Of a DNA stretch of 64,000 nt, positions 1 through 24,454 are shown in pieces (positions within the stretch are counted from its first letter, which is position 1; each line of letters begins with the position of its first letter). The notes under the pieces were generated by a model. The model was not told the origin of the DNA and searched no databases. It saw nothing but the letters and a program-made list of their open reading frames with translations. Source of the stretch: Phyllobates terribilis (taxonomy: Eukaryota). The stretch spans positions 155,682,001 through 155,746,000 of the forward strand of contig NW_027362767.1 in the NCBI RefSeq assembly GCF_046119375.1, in the 5' to 3' direction. Both the position numbers and the translations under genes were made by a program.

Positions 1-29
1 ATAAATACACACAGGGCCACAGCAACATA

Positions 30-600
30 TACTGGTCAAATAATAGTACCATACAGTGCCAGTGAATTATACTATCATAAAGTGACATTAAATATTATCA
101 CCTTAGAGTATATAAATAATACCAATATAAAAGAGCTGCAGCAACATACAGCGGTCAAATAATAGTGCCATACAGTGCTCATATAATACTGCCATAAAAT
201 GTCTAAACACCAGCACAATACAGGGCCAACAACAGCATGTAACAACCAATTAATTGTGCTATGCCATGCCAAAATAATATTACCATAGTGGGCAGAGCAA
301 TCTGTGATGGGGAAATAATAGCGCCATACAGTGCTAAAATAATTTCACCATTTGGTGCCATGCTGTGGTCAAAGTGGGTGCCCTTTAATACCTAAATATC
401 ATCTCCTCGCTGTTCCTAAACAAACAATAGTGCATACCGTGCTTTATTATACCGCCATATAGTCCCTAAATAATGCCATAGAGCTCTAATAATCGCACCA
501 TTTAGTGCCAGTTCTTTAATAATACCACTAGAAAATGGCCAAACCATGCAAACTAGCAGCTATAATACCGCCATGCATAAATAAAGCCGCCATATAGTGT
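30..600. repeat. Degenerate AT-rich tandem-like repeat in RAB25 intron 1
   Basis: The motif (c)aaataatag(t/c)gccatacagtgc recurs at ~38, ~157 and ~314, with looser copies out to ~600. Confidence 0.5.
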
Positions 601-770
601 CTAGGTGATACCAGCACAGTCTTCATGCCCAGAAGGTATTTTTCTGAAAAGGGAACTGCTGTAATGATAAGGTGAGATTGCAGGACTTTGCTCGGGCACC
701 AGGGATGGTGCGTTTATGGCGGTGGGTGGCAGCGGGAGTGTTGGGTGCAGGGACGGTCGGACAGACTCAC

Positions 771-810
771 CTTTGAACACAAAGTTATATTCCTCCTCTT
801 CAGATTTCAT
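771..810 (-). CDS. RAB25: Ras-related protein Rab-25, coding exon 1 (gene continues left of the window)
   Basis: Minus strand ATG(810)..AAAG|GTGAGT encodes MKSEEEEYNFVFK+1 nt with a phase-1 donor. YNFVFK is diagnostic of RAB25 (RAB11 has YDYLFK). It lies downstream of LAMTOR2 on the same strand, as in mammals. Confidence 0.9.
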
Positions 811-850
811 GGCTGGTCCTGGGCATCGGCTGCCTGCGTCGCCCTCCAGG

Positions 851-989
851 TACCGGTTCTGCACCCCTGGTTGCGCGGTGTGGCCCTAGTGACCCGAGCC
901 CCTGGCTGATCTGCAGCTGGCGGAGGGGATTCCTCGCATACCTGCGGCTTCCGGCAGACAGGTGGAGCCAGGTGTAGTGCAGTGACTCA
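851..989 (-). promoter_or_regulatory. RAB25 5'/promoter motif cluster: GRHL-like site, two CAGGTG E-boxes, AP-1
   Basis: TACCGGTT 851-858 (1 mismatch to GRHL AACCGGTT), CAGGTG 959-964 and 969-974, TGACTCA 983-989. All lie within 180 bp upstream of the RAB25 ATG. Confidence 0.5.
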
Positions 990-1509
990 GTGGGCGTTCT
1001 GTTTGATTAGGTGTCACCTTTCAGGACTAACAGGTAATGCAGATCTCCGGCCCTTTAATTACCGCGGTGAAGCAATAGCTACCAACTGATTATTAACCAC
1101 GTCCCTGCTGCACACATAAAGCTTAGATACCTTGCCCCAGGAGGCAGGATCACAAATAGGCTTAGATACGCCAGCCTCGCCAGATCATAATCACATGGCA
1201 CAGGCTTAGATACTCAGGAGCAGAAATTGGAATCATTCAAGCCATAAATTCTCACCTAGTCTGTAAGAAGCCAGAGGTTAACGTCTCCTGGTGGGCAAGT
1301 GGCCCAGAATAAAATGGTATAATAATAAGTATCACCTCGTAGTGACGGCCTCCTTGCATTTTCTACACAATGTCTATTCCCTGGTGGTATAGTGGTACAA
1401 CCAGTACCAAGTGTCATATAGTTTATTGGCATATACAACACCAATGGTAGGTGCCAATATTATACCTGGTGGTATAGTGGAACAAGCAGTGCCATCTCTC
1501 CGAAATAAC

Positions 1510-3244
1510 AACAACAAATAGGACAAAATAACAAAACTTCAGTGTGCATAACTATTCACCCCCCTAAAGTTAGTACTTTGTAGAGCCTCCTTTTGTGGCA
1601 ATTACAGCGGCAAGTCTCTATTCACTTTCCATTAGGATTTTTGCTCATTCCTCAAGGCAAAACTCCTCCAAGTTCCTCAGGTGAACAGCAATCTTCAAGT
1701 CTGATCACAGATTCTCCATTGGATTAAGGTCTGGGCTGTGACTCGGCCCCTGCAAAACATTTACACGTTTCCCCTTAGGCCACTCGAGTGTTGCTTTAGC
1801 AGTATGCTTTGGGTCATTGTCTTGTTGGAAGGTGAACCTCCACCCCAGTGTCAAATCACTGACCTAAACAGATTTTGCTCAACAATATCCCTGTATTTCG
1901 CACCATCCATTGTCCCTGTCCCTGCTGCCAAAAAACATCCCTACAGCATGATGCTGCCACCACCATGTTTCACTGTGGGGATGATGTTCTTGGGGTGATG
2001 AGCTGTGTTGGTTTGTCACCAGACATAGCATTTACCTTGGTGGCCAAAAAGTTCAATTTTGGTCTCATCTGACCACAGCAACTTCCTCCATACATTTGGG
2101 TAGTCTCCCAAAAGTCTTTTGGCAAACTCAAAACAAGCCTTACAATTTTTGTAAGTAAAGGCTTTTTTTTCTGGCCACTCTTCCATAAAGGCCACCTTTA
2201 TGGAGTGTACGGCTTATTGTGGTTGTATGGACAGATACTCCAGTCTCTGCTTGGGAACTCTGCAGCTCTTTCAGGGTTACCTTTGGTCTCTGTGCTGCCT
2301 CTCTGATTAATGCCCTCCTTGCCCGGGCTTACAGTTTTGGTGAGCGCCCTCTCTTGGCAGGTTTGCTGTGGTACCATGTTCTTTCCATTTGATGATAATG
2401 GATTTGATGGAGCTCCGGGGATCATCAGAGTTTGGGAGATTTTTTTTTTTTTTTTAATAACCCAAACCTGACTTGTACTTCTCAACAACTCTGTCCCCGA
2501 CTTGGTTGGAGATCTCCTTGCTCTTCATGGTGCTGTTTGGAGATCTCCTTGGTCTTCTTGGTGTTGTTTGGAGATCTCCTTGCTCTTCATGGTGCTGTTT
2601 GGAGATCTCCTTGGTCTTCTTGGTGCTCTTTGGAGATCTCCTTGGTCTTCATGGTGTTCTTTGGAGATCTCCTTGGTCTTCATGGTGTTCTTTGGAGATC
2701 TCCTTGGTGTTGTTTGGAGATCTCCTTGGTCTTCTTGGTGTTGTTTGGAGATCTCCTTGGTCTTCTTGGTGTTGTTTGGAGATCTCCTTGGTCTTCTTGG
2801 TGTTGTTTGGAGATCTCCTTGGTCTTCGTGGTCTTGTTTGGAGATCACCTTGGTCTTCATGGTGTTTGGTTAGTGGTGCCTCTTGTTAATAGTGTTGCAG
2901 CCTCTGTGGCCTTTCAGAAGAGGTAAAGTATATATACTGACAGACATGTGACATTAGATTGCACACAGGAGGACGTCCTGTCACTAAGCATGGGACTTAT
3001 AAAGGGAATTGCTTGCACCAGAAATTTTCGGGGGTTCATCACAAAAGGGGTGAATACATATGCACATGCCAATTGTTAGTTATGTGATCCCATAAATGTA
3101 ATTTAAATTGCTGACATTTTTCTCACTTCACCAACTTAGGCTATTTCACACACAAATCGGATTACCAAAATATTTATACACAGGTTGTAATGTAACAAAA
3201 TAGGTAAAGTGCCAAAGGGGAGTGAATACTTTTGCAAACCACTG
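1510..3244 (-). mobile_element. Tc1/mariner DNA transposon, decayed, one end truncated (copy A)
   Basis: Right TIR ..ggggagtgaatacttttgcaaaccactg followed by TA (3245-3246). Minus-strand transposase remnants include the N-terminus (MKTK..., VVEKYKSG) and [15 protein letters not shown]-type core segments, broken by frameshifts and a poly-T run at ~2440. Colinear with copy C at 61695-62588. The left TIR is missing. Confidence 0.85.
2506..2864. repeat. 31-bp minisatellite inside Tc1 copy A
   Basis: ~11.5 copies of tttggagatctccttggtcttc(a/t)tggtgttg; period read from 2713 to 2744. Confidence 0.9.
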
Positions 3245-3783
3245 TACAAGACTTAGTCCCTGGTGGTATAGTGGTACAACCAGTGCCAACTCCAATATGG
3301 TTTATTGGCTTTGAAGGTTGTACACTGATCCCACATTCCCAATCTCTCCTGAATAATCCTGAGGGTCCGGACTATCAGACGCCGAACTAATGGATTTGAA
3401 CAGTCCAGTCTTCCTTTGGCCACAATGAAGCACACAATATGGAGGACGGTGTAAACTTTATTTGGTTCAGCAGAAGCAAGGAGCGCACAGATACAGGAGG
3501 GGCAACAAGTGACGGCTCCAGACCGCGACCAGGACCAGATACTGAGGGTCTTAAAGGGAGTGTCCATTTTACATACAGAACAAAGTCTCATCATTGCTGA
3601 TCCCGTGCTTCAGAGCTGTATTCACAATTCTGCATCCATCAGAGCAGAAATCTCCCAGCATTCCCTGCTTATCAGTGTCTTCATTGGAGGTCTTAAAGGT
3701 CAGACCCCCACCAATCAGATATGTCTCACCTTGGCTGTCATTTCTTAAAGAATATATCTTTAAGAAGGCGGAACTACTATTAA

Positions 3784-4013
3784 AGGGGTGTTCATTTAAT
3801 AATAACTGATAACCTATTCTTAGGATAAGACATAACATCTAGATTGTTGGGGGTCTGACATCTGAGACCCCCAGAGCAGGAGAGCCAATACTCCTAGCTG
3901 TACATCATTAGTTCTGATTCATAAGGGACCCCCCTAGTGGCGGGGCAGGCGTACTGCAAGCAGCAAATAAAACACTGCTCTGACTATAACATTACTGGGA
4001 TTTTGTGCGACCT
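3784..4013. mobile_element. Kolobok/T2-type MITE (TTAA-flanked)
   Basis: TTAA|AGGGG start and CCT|TTAA end, with the internal gggggtctgac/gagaccccc palindrome typical of these frog MITEs. Confidence 0.45.
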
Positions 4014-4596
4014 TTAAACTTCCTCTGTCGTAACCCAAGGACAAATATATAAAAGTTATGGCTGCATCCGACAACAGTACTGATTTAGTGACATCACGGA
4101 CACCGATTTTCTAAAAAAACCACCCCTTTTACGTGGATGCAGGCAGCTTAAATCAGGGGATCAATGATGGGGGAACACAGGCTGCATAGTGGCCCCTATG
4201 AATATTATGCACGTGTCTGCTGCCACCTTGTGGCCAATAATAATACTGCTGGAATCTTCATTTCTCATCACATTAACCCTAAAAACAGGTGTTAGCCTAT
4301 TTTATCCCACATTTAGGACCTTATATGCCACGGTGCTATTCCTTAGTTACTAAAAAAAAAAAAACATTGTAAAAGAAGAACTAACTATTTATAGGCAGGG
4401 TTCCTCCACCCGGTAAGGTCTGGGCATCCTGTAATTGGCCGCATTCGGCTTCCATTGAAATCCAGACATTGGACAACACAAAAAACAATAACACGGGAGG
4501 ATCAGGGGTAGACCTGCACAACACGGCATTGGGGATGGAGATCGGCCTTCATATGTATCACTGGGGGGATAACAGTCCATGTGGATCCAGAGCTGC

Positions 4597-7167
4597 TCAG
4601 CAAGCAGAAACCTGGTTCAGGGGCTCCTCGAGGTACTGCACCAGAGCCTGGGCCTGCGAAAGCAACACAGTGGTCAATGGACAGCCCCTTTATTAATGCC
4701 CCTGCCCCTCTATGCGCTGCAGGGACCTGCTCACCCAGTTTTACATACTGATGTCGAACAAACAGAGCTGCAGTGTAAAGTATGGGAGCGCTTTCACACT
4801 CCATAACATATATATCAGTCATGGATGGGGTCCAGGACCTGCAGTGACTGGAGCCAGGGGCAGAAGTATGGACGGTCACTCACCTTGGCTTTCAACATGC
4901 CAAATCCGACAGTCTCCTTGGCATACATGCACAGCAGCAGGTTGGACACTCTTGTAATCGCAACGCGACCTTCCTGGGGGCGAAACAGCAAAACTCGAGG
5001 GTAGAACCGAGTGCGGGGACCATTATGAAGAAAACCAGTCTCTTAACTAGTGAACAGAGCCTTTGTATGGTCTATACCTAGGGGACGTGGCTAAAAGGTC
5101 ATTATGCAAAGCAGCCTAAAGGCACGCCCCTGAGGATCCTGTGAGATAGTGGCCATTTCTTGTGACAAGCTAACAGGTCCTACTTAAAGGGTCCTCTTTG
5201 AACCACCCCATTGCACTAGGCAGGTCTCTATACGTGACCCTCTAGTGGGGGCATCCCACCCAATCAGTGCTTAAAAGAGCAGAATGGGGGGGCTCATAAT
5301 CAGAAGTCTCCTTCATCTATAAAACAAGAGGCCGTCAGTCTACTTAAACTAACCCCTTCACGACCAGGCCTTTTTTGTTATCATGTCATCCCCTCCCCCT
5401 TCTGCAAGTTTGCCACAACTTTTCTATTTTTCTGGCAATATGGCCGTAAGATGGCTTGTCTATGTAGGAGGAGTTGTAGTTTTGAATGACACCATTCATT
5501 TTACCATATAATGCACTGAAAAAAAATCCAAATGGGGGGAAATGATGAGCGATAAAAAAAAAGGAATCCGCCATTGTAAGCTGTAAATACAAAAAACAAA
5601 AAAAACTGTGTTTGATAAAAAACACAAAAGTGCAGATCACCCCCCTTTTGCCCCATTCAAAATAAAACTATATAAAATACATGTTTGGTATCGCTGCATT
5701 CAGAATCGTCCGATCTATCAAAATATGAAATAAACCCGATCGGCAAATGGCATACGAGAAAAATAAAATAAAAAAAAGTCCGCTCAGGGCGCAAAAAATA
5801 AGCCCTCACCCAGGCCCCATATTCCCAAAATTGAAACCTTATGGGTCTTGGTAAAATGGCGACACAAGCAAAAAATGTATATATTTTTATTTTTCAATTT
5901 TCCGAATTTCTTTTCACCACTTAAATAAAAATAAGGTATACATGTTTGGTATCTGTGTACCCGTACGGACCTGGGGAATCATAATGGCAGCTCAGTTTTA
6001 CTATATAATGAACATGGTAAATAAAAAAACAATTGTGGAATTTCACCGCACTTGGAAATTTTTTTCCCCGTTTTCCAGTGCACTGTGTGGTAAAATAAAT
6101 GGTGTCATTCAAAAGTACAACTCATCCAGCAAAAAACACAAGCCCTCATACAGCCATGGCGACAGAAAGATAAAAAGGTTATGGCTTCTGGAAGAAGGGG
6201 ATGAAAAAAGGAAAATGGCCTGGGGGTGAAGGGGTTAAAGCGGTCACACCTGGCGGCGCCGCCTTAAGCAATACCCACCATACAGTCCATAAGGATGAAT
6301 TTAAGATTGTCCTCGTTGAATGCCTGATGTCCGTTTTTATCATAGGCAGCCCAAATGTTACTAGCAATAGCAGCTGTAACTCGGGCGTCTGTGTCACCAT
6401 AGCCAGAATACGCCAGTAGAGAGCCTTCATTATTCAGGAGCCTGCGGGGAAAGAAGACCACAAAATACTAACATCCAACAAGAACACCGGACCGGAGAGG
6501 AACAGCGACGGGAAAATAACAATAAATCACCAGGAGGGGAAGATAATCTCCTGCGCACAGCGCACTTCCTGTCCTCACTCTCTAGGTGTCTCGCTCTCTG
6601 ATCCTGCCCCCTAAAGGCCACTCAATATTCAGGGAAAGCCTCAGTCACTTAAGTCAGGGGGAATCAACCAATTGTTATGCCAAGGGGGGCACCTGGTGGG
6701 ATCCGGATAGGTCGGGGGTATAGGGGGCGCTCCTGGTGAGATCAGGATAGGTCGGGGGTATAGGGGGGTACCTGGTGGGATCCGGATAGGTCGGGGGTAC
6801 AGAGGGCGCTCCTGGTGGGATCCGGATAGGTCGGGGGTACGGGGGGCGCTCCTGGATAGGTCGGGGGTACGGGGGGCGCTCCTGGATAGGTCGGGGGCAC
6901 AGGGGGCGCTCTTGGATAGGTCGGGGGCACAGGGGGCGCTCCTGGATAGGTCGGGGGCACAGGGGGCGCTCCTGGATAGGTCGGGGGCACAGGGGGCGCT
7001 CCTGGTGGGATCCGTCAGGGTGACACTAGGAGAGATCAGTGGTGGCGGGGGGACCTAGTGCAGTGGCTGATAACAGAGAGCAGTGGCGCTCATACTCACA
7101 GAGTGCTCTGCACGCCCCCGGTGTTCGCCTGGCTCAGCACCTGGGTCAGAGCTTTGGGCCGCAACAT
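4597..7167 (-). CDS. LAMTOR2: Ragulator complex protein LAMTOR2 (p14), 4 exons, 125 aa
   Basis: Exons 7100-7167 ([23 protein letters not shown]), 6279-6441 ([41 protein letters not shown]), 4884-4973 ([30 protein letters not shown]) and 4597-4653 ([18 protein letters not shown]). All introns are GT-AG; 378 nt total; near-identical to vertebrate LAMTOR2. Confidence 0.98.
5353..6234. mobile_element. piggyBac-type non-autonomous element in LAMTOR2 intron 2
   Basis: TIRs CCCCTTCACGACCAGGCC / GGCCTGGGGGTGAAGGGG (16/18 match); flanks CTAA and TTAA; imperfect ~200-bp subterminal inverted repeats. Confidence 0.75.
6685..7010. repeat. G-rich 30/39-bp minisatellite in LAMTOR2 intron 1
   Basis: Unit agggggcgctcctggataggtcgggggcac, with a longer variant carrying tgggatccg. 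Confidence 0.9.
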
Positions 7168-7723
7168 AATAATCTTCCTGCAGCAGATCCACACGACGAG
7201 CAGCCTCACAAGTACCTGGTCATGTGATCAGACAAAACCCACAGCCGCGCAATGCATGCAGGGAAATGCAGTCCGAAATTCAGATAATTTTTTTTGAACA
7301 TTAAAGTAGCTCAAGTATTAGTTTATAAAACAATAACTCTAGAAATATTAATTCAGCCATTAAAATAAAGTTATTTTTAAACTTAGGGATTGTAATAAAC
7401 TGGTAGAAAGTTGGGTTTCCTTGGTAACGGTTCGGGCCCTGCGTGTCAGGCCTCGTTTGCGTTTTAATGTTTTAAAATTACTTTCTGATTGGTTCGTGTA
7501 TTGACTGCCTTCCAAAGAGCTGCGTCTTGATTGGACAAATTGAATCAGCTGGTCGCGTGGAATGACGCAGCACCATTCGTCTGCGCTGGGTCCCCCACAC
7601 CGCCGGATGGCGATGAAGAGTCTGGCAAGTAAAACAAAGCACGGAGTTGTCTGTCTCGCGGCTGCCGGCTACACTCCCCCACTTTTTTTCTGCTCCTCCT
7701 CGGGGTGGGCGGGTGCACACAAG
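7168..7723. promoter_or_regulatory. Bidirectional promoter / 5' UTRs shared by LAMTOR2 and UBQLN4
   Basis: Divergent ATGs at 7167 (-) and 7724 (+). ATTGG (reverse CCAAT) boxes at ~7488 and ~7529, a GGGCGG box at ~7707, a YY1-type AAGATGGCGG over the UBQLN4 start, and CpG-rich flanks. Confidence 0.8.
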
Positions 7724-20527
<12,804 letters not shown>

Positions 20528-20954
20528 TAACGAGCGAAAAGCCACAAATGCGCAAACCCTGCCAGAACCATCCGGGCCCTTTAGTACTTAGTCCTGACCG
20601 CCGAGCATCATTGGAAGTGGCCTACATGCTATATTGACACTGGACAGTTCCGGTCTCCTGACCATAGGAGGCGCTCTGTGGTGCTGTACATGTCTCATCT
20701 CCCCCATCACGAGGGCTACATCTTCCATACAGGACAGCCATAACCCGCAAAGCTCGCTCATAGCCGACTGCTCATAATTATTTAACTCGCTAATCTACAC
20801 GTGACTTTGCTCAGCGGATATCATGAATTCTCTGACCACCTAGGATTTTTTTTTTTTTTTTTTTTGCCCCCACCCCACTGATATATTTTAAAGTTTAACC
20901 CCTCCATCACCCCTAACGATGTGGAGTCTTATTTTCATTAGATTTAATTTTAAC

Positions 20955-20960
20955 AATAAA
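20955..20960 (+). terminator. Candidate UBQLN4 polyadenylation signal
   Basis: First AATAAA after the stop (~430 nt downstream), followed by a T-rich tract. A more distal site cannot be excluded. Confidence 0.35.
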
Positions 20961-21789
20961 ACCAAATGTTTTATTTTTCCTGATCTTACGCACAAGACTG
21001 GTGATGGTGGTCGGGCTCGGACCCCTGGCATAAGAGGAAGGAGGGGAGGTTTGGGCATGTGTGTCTATGGAGGATAGGTAATGGTTACAGGCGCACGGTT
21101 TCCCAAAAATTGGGGTTCTGATGTGCCTCGTTATAGTGGAAGCTGTGGCAGTGCTGCTCCCTGTGGGGGCTAGCGAATTTTGGAGCCCACCGCCCCATTC
21201 CAGGGGGGGCCTTTCAGAGTCCAAACAAGGTCTCCAAGTTTAATTTTCAACATCTGTGCATCCGGTCAGTGAATGGAAACATCCAGATTTTGAAAACTCT
21301 TCTCACAGCTACACTTAAATCTAGTCTAGCTATAATATAATTTTATATAGATATAGCTTTATAAAACTATGGCTGCCCCCTCCCTGTTGTCCCTGAGGTG
21401 TAATACCGCACCCAACCAGTGGACAGGAGGAGCGCTGTTTTAGAATGTGAGCAGCTACTTGCAGCCATCCTAATAGTCGTCGGGATCATGGGGGGAGTAA
21501 AACCTCAGCTGTCACAGACCTAAAGAAAGGAGGACGGGGATTTAACTCCACGACTCATTGCTTGCACGACAGTCCTCCAGGGGAAGGCCTCGGCTTTGGT
21601 ATTAATTAGATGCAGTATAAAATATGAATTTCGTTTCCAGAATTTGTTCCAAAATTTGGATTAATTTGAGATATGTAGAGTGGATTTTTGTGACTTCATA
21701 AGAGAGTGTCAAATTCACTATACAATGAAGTAACGCAGTATAACGTAATAACGACAGACAAGTCCCCTGAGCGGGCTACAAAAAATGTA

Positions 21790-22089
21790 AAAAAAAAAAA
21801 AAAACTATATATTGGAATTGTCCCTCTTCACATAAGAAAAAACAAGCATGGTTTTGCAGCTTCCCCAAAAGTCTGATCTATGAAGATATAAAATTATTTA
21901 TTCCATATGCTAAAAGCCGCAAAATAAGAAAATCAAAATGTCTAAAAAAAAAATTTGTGGTTGCGTGTCCCCCAAAAATGCAATTAAAATGTGCCCCAAA
22001 ATGACATCCATAAAGGCTTTCAAATTCAGAAGTCAACTTTAAAAATATTTATTTTGTTTTTATATACAAAAGTCTGAATTTTAACCACT

Positions 22090-22169
<80 letters not shown>

Positions 22170-22342
22170 GTTTTTTCACTCCACTTGGATTTTATTTTTT
22201 CCATTACATTGTATGATAAAATGAATGTCTTTCAAAACTTGTCCCGCAAAACACAAGCCCTCATACGGCCGTATTGACCCAAAAAAAAAGAAAAGACGAA
22301 AGTGAAAAGAAAAAAATAATAATTGTCTGCAATAGGAAGGGG
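21790..22342. mobile_element. Right-end fragment of a piggyBac-type element
   Basis: Ends ..GGAAGGGG|TTAA and shares the cacaagccctcata subterminal motif with 5353-6234. The left boundary is uncertain. Confidence 0.45.
22093..22164. repeat. (AT)n microsatellite, ~36 units
   Basis: Direct reading. Confidence 0.98.
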
Positions 22343-22375
22343 TTAAACAGTGACAGTTTCTTAATCTAGCTGTGA

Positions 22376-23285
22376 GGGTAACTTCCAGAAAAAAAGCAGT
22401 ATATAAACTATATATGCACGTTGATGTAGCCCATATTTAATACTGCCCACCTAGGACTAAGGTAGCCGGATCATCATATCACAATAAGCAAAGAGAAAGG
22501 CCAAAAGAGATGAACCAGAGGCATGCAGATATTATAAACATAAGAAGTTTTATTATTAAATCATTAACAGGTGTGTGGGATACAAGACACCTACACCAAT
22601 ACAATTGTGAAAAAAATGAAGTGCCTGGCAGGACTTAACACATTCATAGGCACCAAACAAGCTCTCTATAATGCGGGTGTAAGTAATAAGTTGAGCCACT
22701 AATGTATATCTATGTGCAAAAGGTAACTAAGATATATCAAAGGGCAATCAGCAGGAAAAACTACCTATGCAGATACTCATGTAATATATATATATAGTAC
22801 TATATGGTGAATTACTTGATATGTACCAGCCACTAACACATTATCACTGTCTGCGCTTCAACCCCGACGCGCGTTTCGGCAAAAAACCTTTGTCATGCCC
22901 CTCGACAAAGACTTTTTGCCGAAACGTGCGTCGGGGTTGAAGCGCAGACGGTGGTAATGTGTCAGTGGCTGGTACATATCAGGTAATACACTCATGTAGT
23001 ATATATACGACTATATGGTGAATCTGCATAGGTCTTTTTTCCTGCTGATTGCCCTTTGATATATCTTAGTTACCATTTGCACATAGATATACATTAGTGG
23101 CTCAACTTATTACTTACACCCTCATTATAGAGAGCTTGTTTGGTGCCTATGAATGTGTTAAGTCCTGCCAGGCACTTCATTTTTTTTTCACAATATTGGT
23201 GCATGTGTCTTGTATTATTAAGTCATTGTTTATAATGTGTGTATGCCTCTGGTTCATCTCTTTTGGTCTTTGGCCTTTCTCTTTG
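22376..23285. mobile_element. Palindromic retro-insertion, probably from a Penelope-like element
   Basis: Inverted arms 22486-22894 / 22904-23288; flanking direct repeat cttaatctagctgtga (22360-22375, 23286-23301); central CCGAAACG(C/T)GCGTCGGGG hammerhead-like motif in both arms. Confidence 0.65.
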
Positions 23286-24454
23286 CTTAATCTAGCTGTG
23301 ACCTTATAATCACACCCACCTAAAATAGTAAAAAGTCACAAAAATGACATGAGCCAAAATTTACAGATTTATATTTTTTATTAGTTTTTTCAGCCCTTTG
23401 ATGCATTCCATAAATTAGCCAACAATAATAATATACATTTATTGCTATAGAGCACATATATACAACCAATGAAGGACACAATGGCGTTTTCCTGACTGGA
23501 AAAATGAAGGTTTGAGCTTTGTGGCTATAATGGAGGCACGTAACATGCCCCCTCTCCATGGCGTACCAATTTTATTTTTAATACCATTAGTCTGTGTCAG
23601 TAAATCTAGTCCGGTCACTAGGCCTCAGATGTAGCGAGACCGCTGTAGAGTAGATGTGGCCTTGTCGCACATAGCATCCAATCCTTCTTCTTTCTAGGGC
23701 CGGGTACAAAATGAAAGCTGAGCTCTTGATTGGCTGGTATGGTCAACATGGCCACATCGCTGTTTATAGGGCCTAGTAAATGGAGACTGTGTGAGAAACC
23801 TGAGGCAGCAACTCGTAGTAAAAACTGGCGTTGCCTTCAAAATGGCCGCCAGCTGCCTTAGCATGAGGGCACAGACCTCCGGTGTTGGGGATCCAAGTGG
23901 AAAGAGCTTTTCATCCTCAATGTCACATGCTCACACAAAATTTCCACCATCGCTGTAGCTTAGTCTGGAGGTTTTGCGTAGTCTGTCCGCCATCTTGTGT
24001 TCTCTGAAGAGATTTTTTTTTTCCGGGGCAGTATGGAGACTAAGATTTGCTGTTTTTTTCTCTTAAACTAGAAACAACAAAATCACTAGTCTTCCACACC
24101 GACCAAGAAGCCAATGGCTGCCGCTTCCCTGAAAATGTACAGAACATAGTTATTAAGCATAGACCTCCATCCATCTAGTCCTGACTATATTATGACCCCC
24201 CACCCCCTGGTCAACATACCCTCCCAAGTGTTATGGAGGACCTGAGTTGGCCATTGAAGTTAGGAGTGGGGCTCTTGCCTGTCACCAGGTCCAAAATGGC
24301 CAGTGTTTGCTATTTTATTCCCGCTGTCCCCCTGAGTATGCCATTTATTTATTTTTTTTTTTTTAAGTATTTCATAAAGTTCCGGAAATCAGGGCTAAAT
24401 TTTATGGTCTTTACAAGGGGATGGGATCTGTGAGGGTGGGGCTCACAGGATCCG

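Noticed and set aside
1378-3275. TCCCTGGTGGTATAGTGGT at 1378 and 3257 (partial at ~1465), resembling the 5' end/A-box of tRNA-Glu
   Set aside because: No B-box, anticodon arm or acceptor-stem partner follows, so these are not tRNA genes. A tRNA-derived origin is unproven.
4597-4611. LAMTOR2 ending in ..VSAC as a prenylation signal
   Set aside because: The Cys is terminal, not at -4, so this is not a CaaX motif. It is probably a neutral substitution.
7562-7723. In-frame upstream ATGs giving a 54-aa N-terminal extension of UBQLN4
   Set aside because: They lie among promoter motifs. The ATG at 7724 has the strong context (aagATGG) and matches homologue starts. CAGE data would settle it.
23930-24000. 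Minus-strand aagATGGCGG start (MADRLRKTSRLSYS...) with nearby YY1-like motifs
   Set aside because: It closes after ~20 codons with no good donor. It may be a LINE 5' relic but cannot be assigned by eye.
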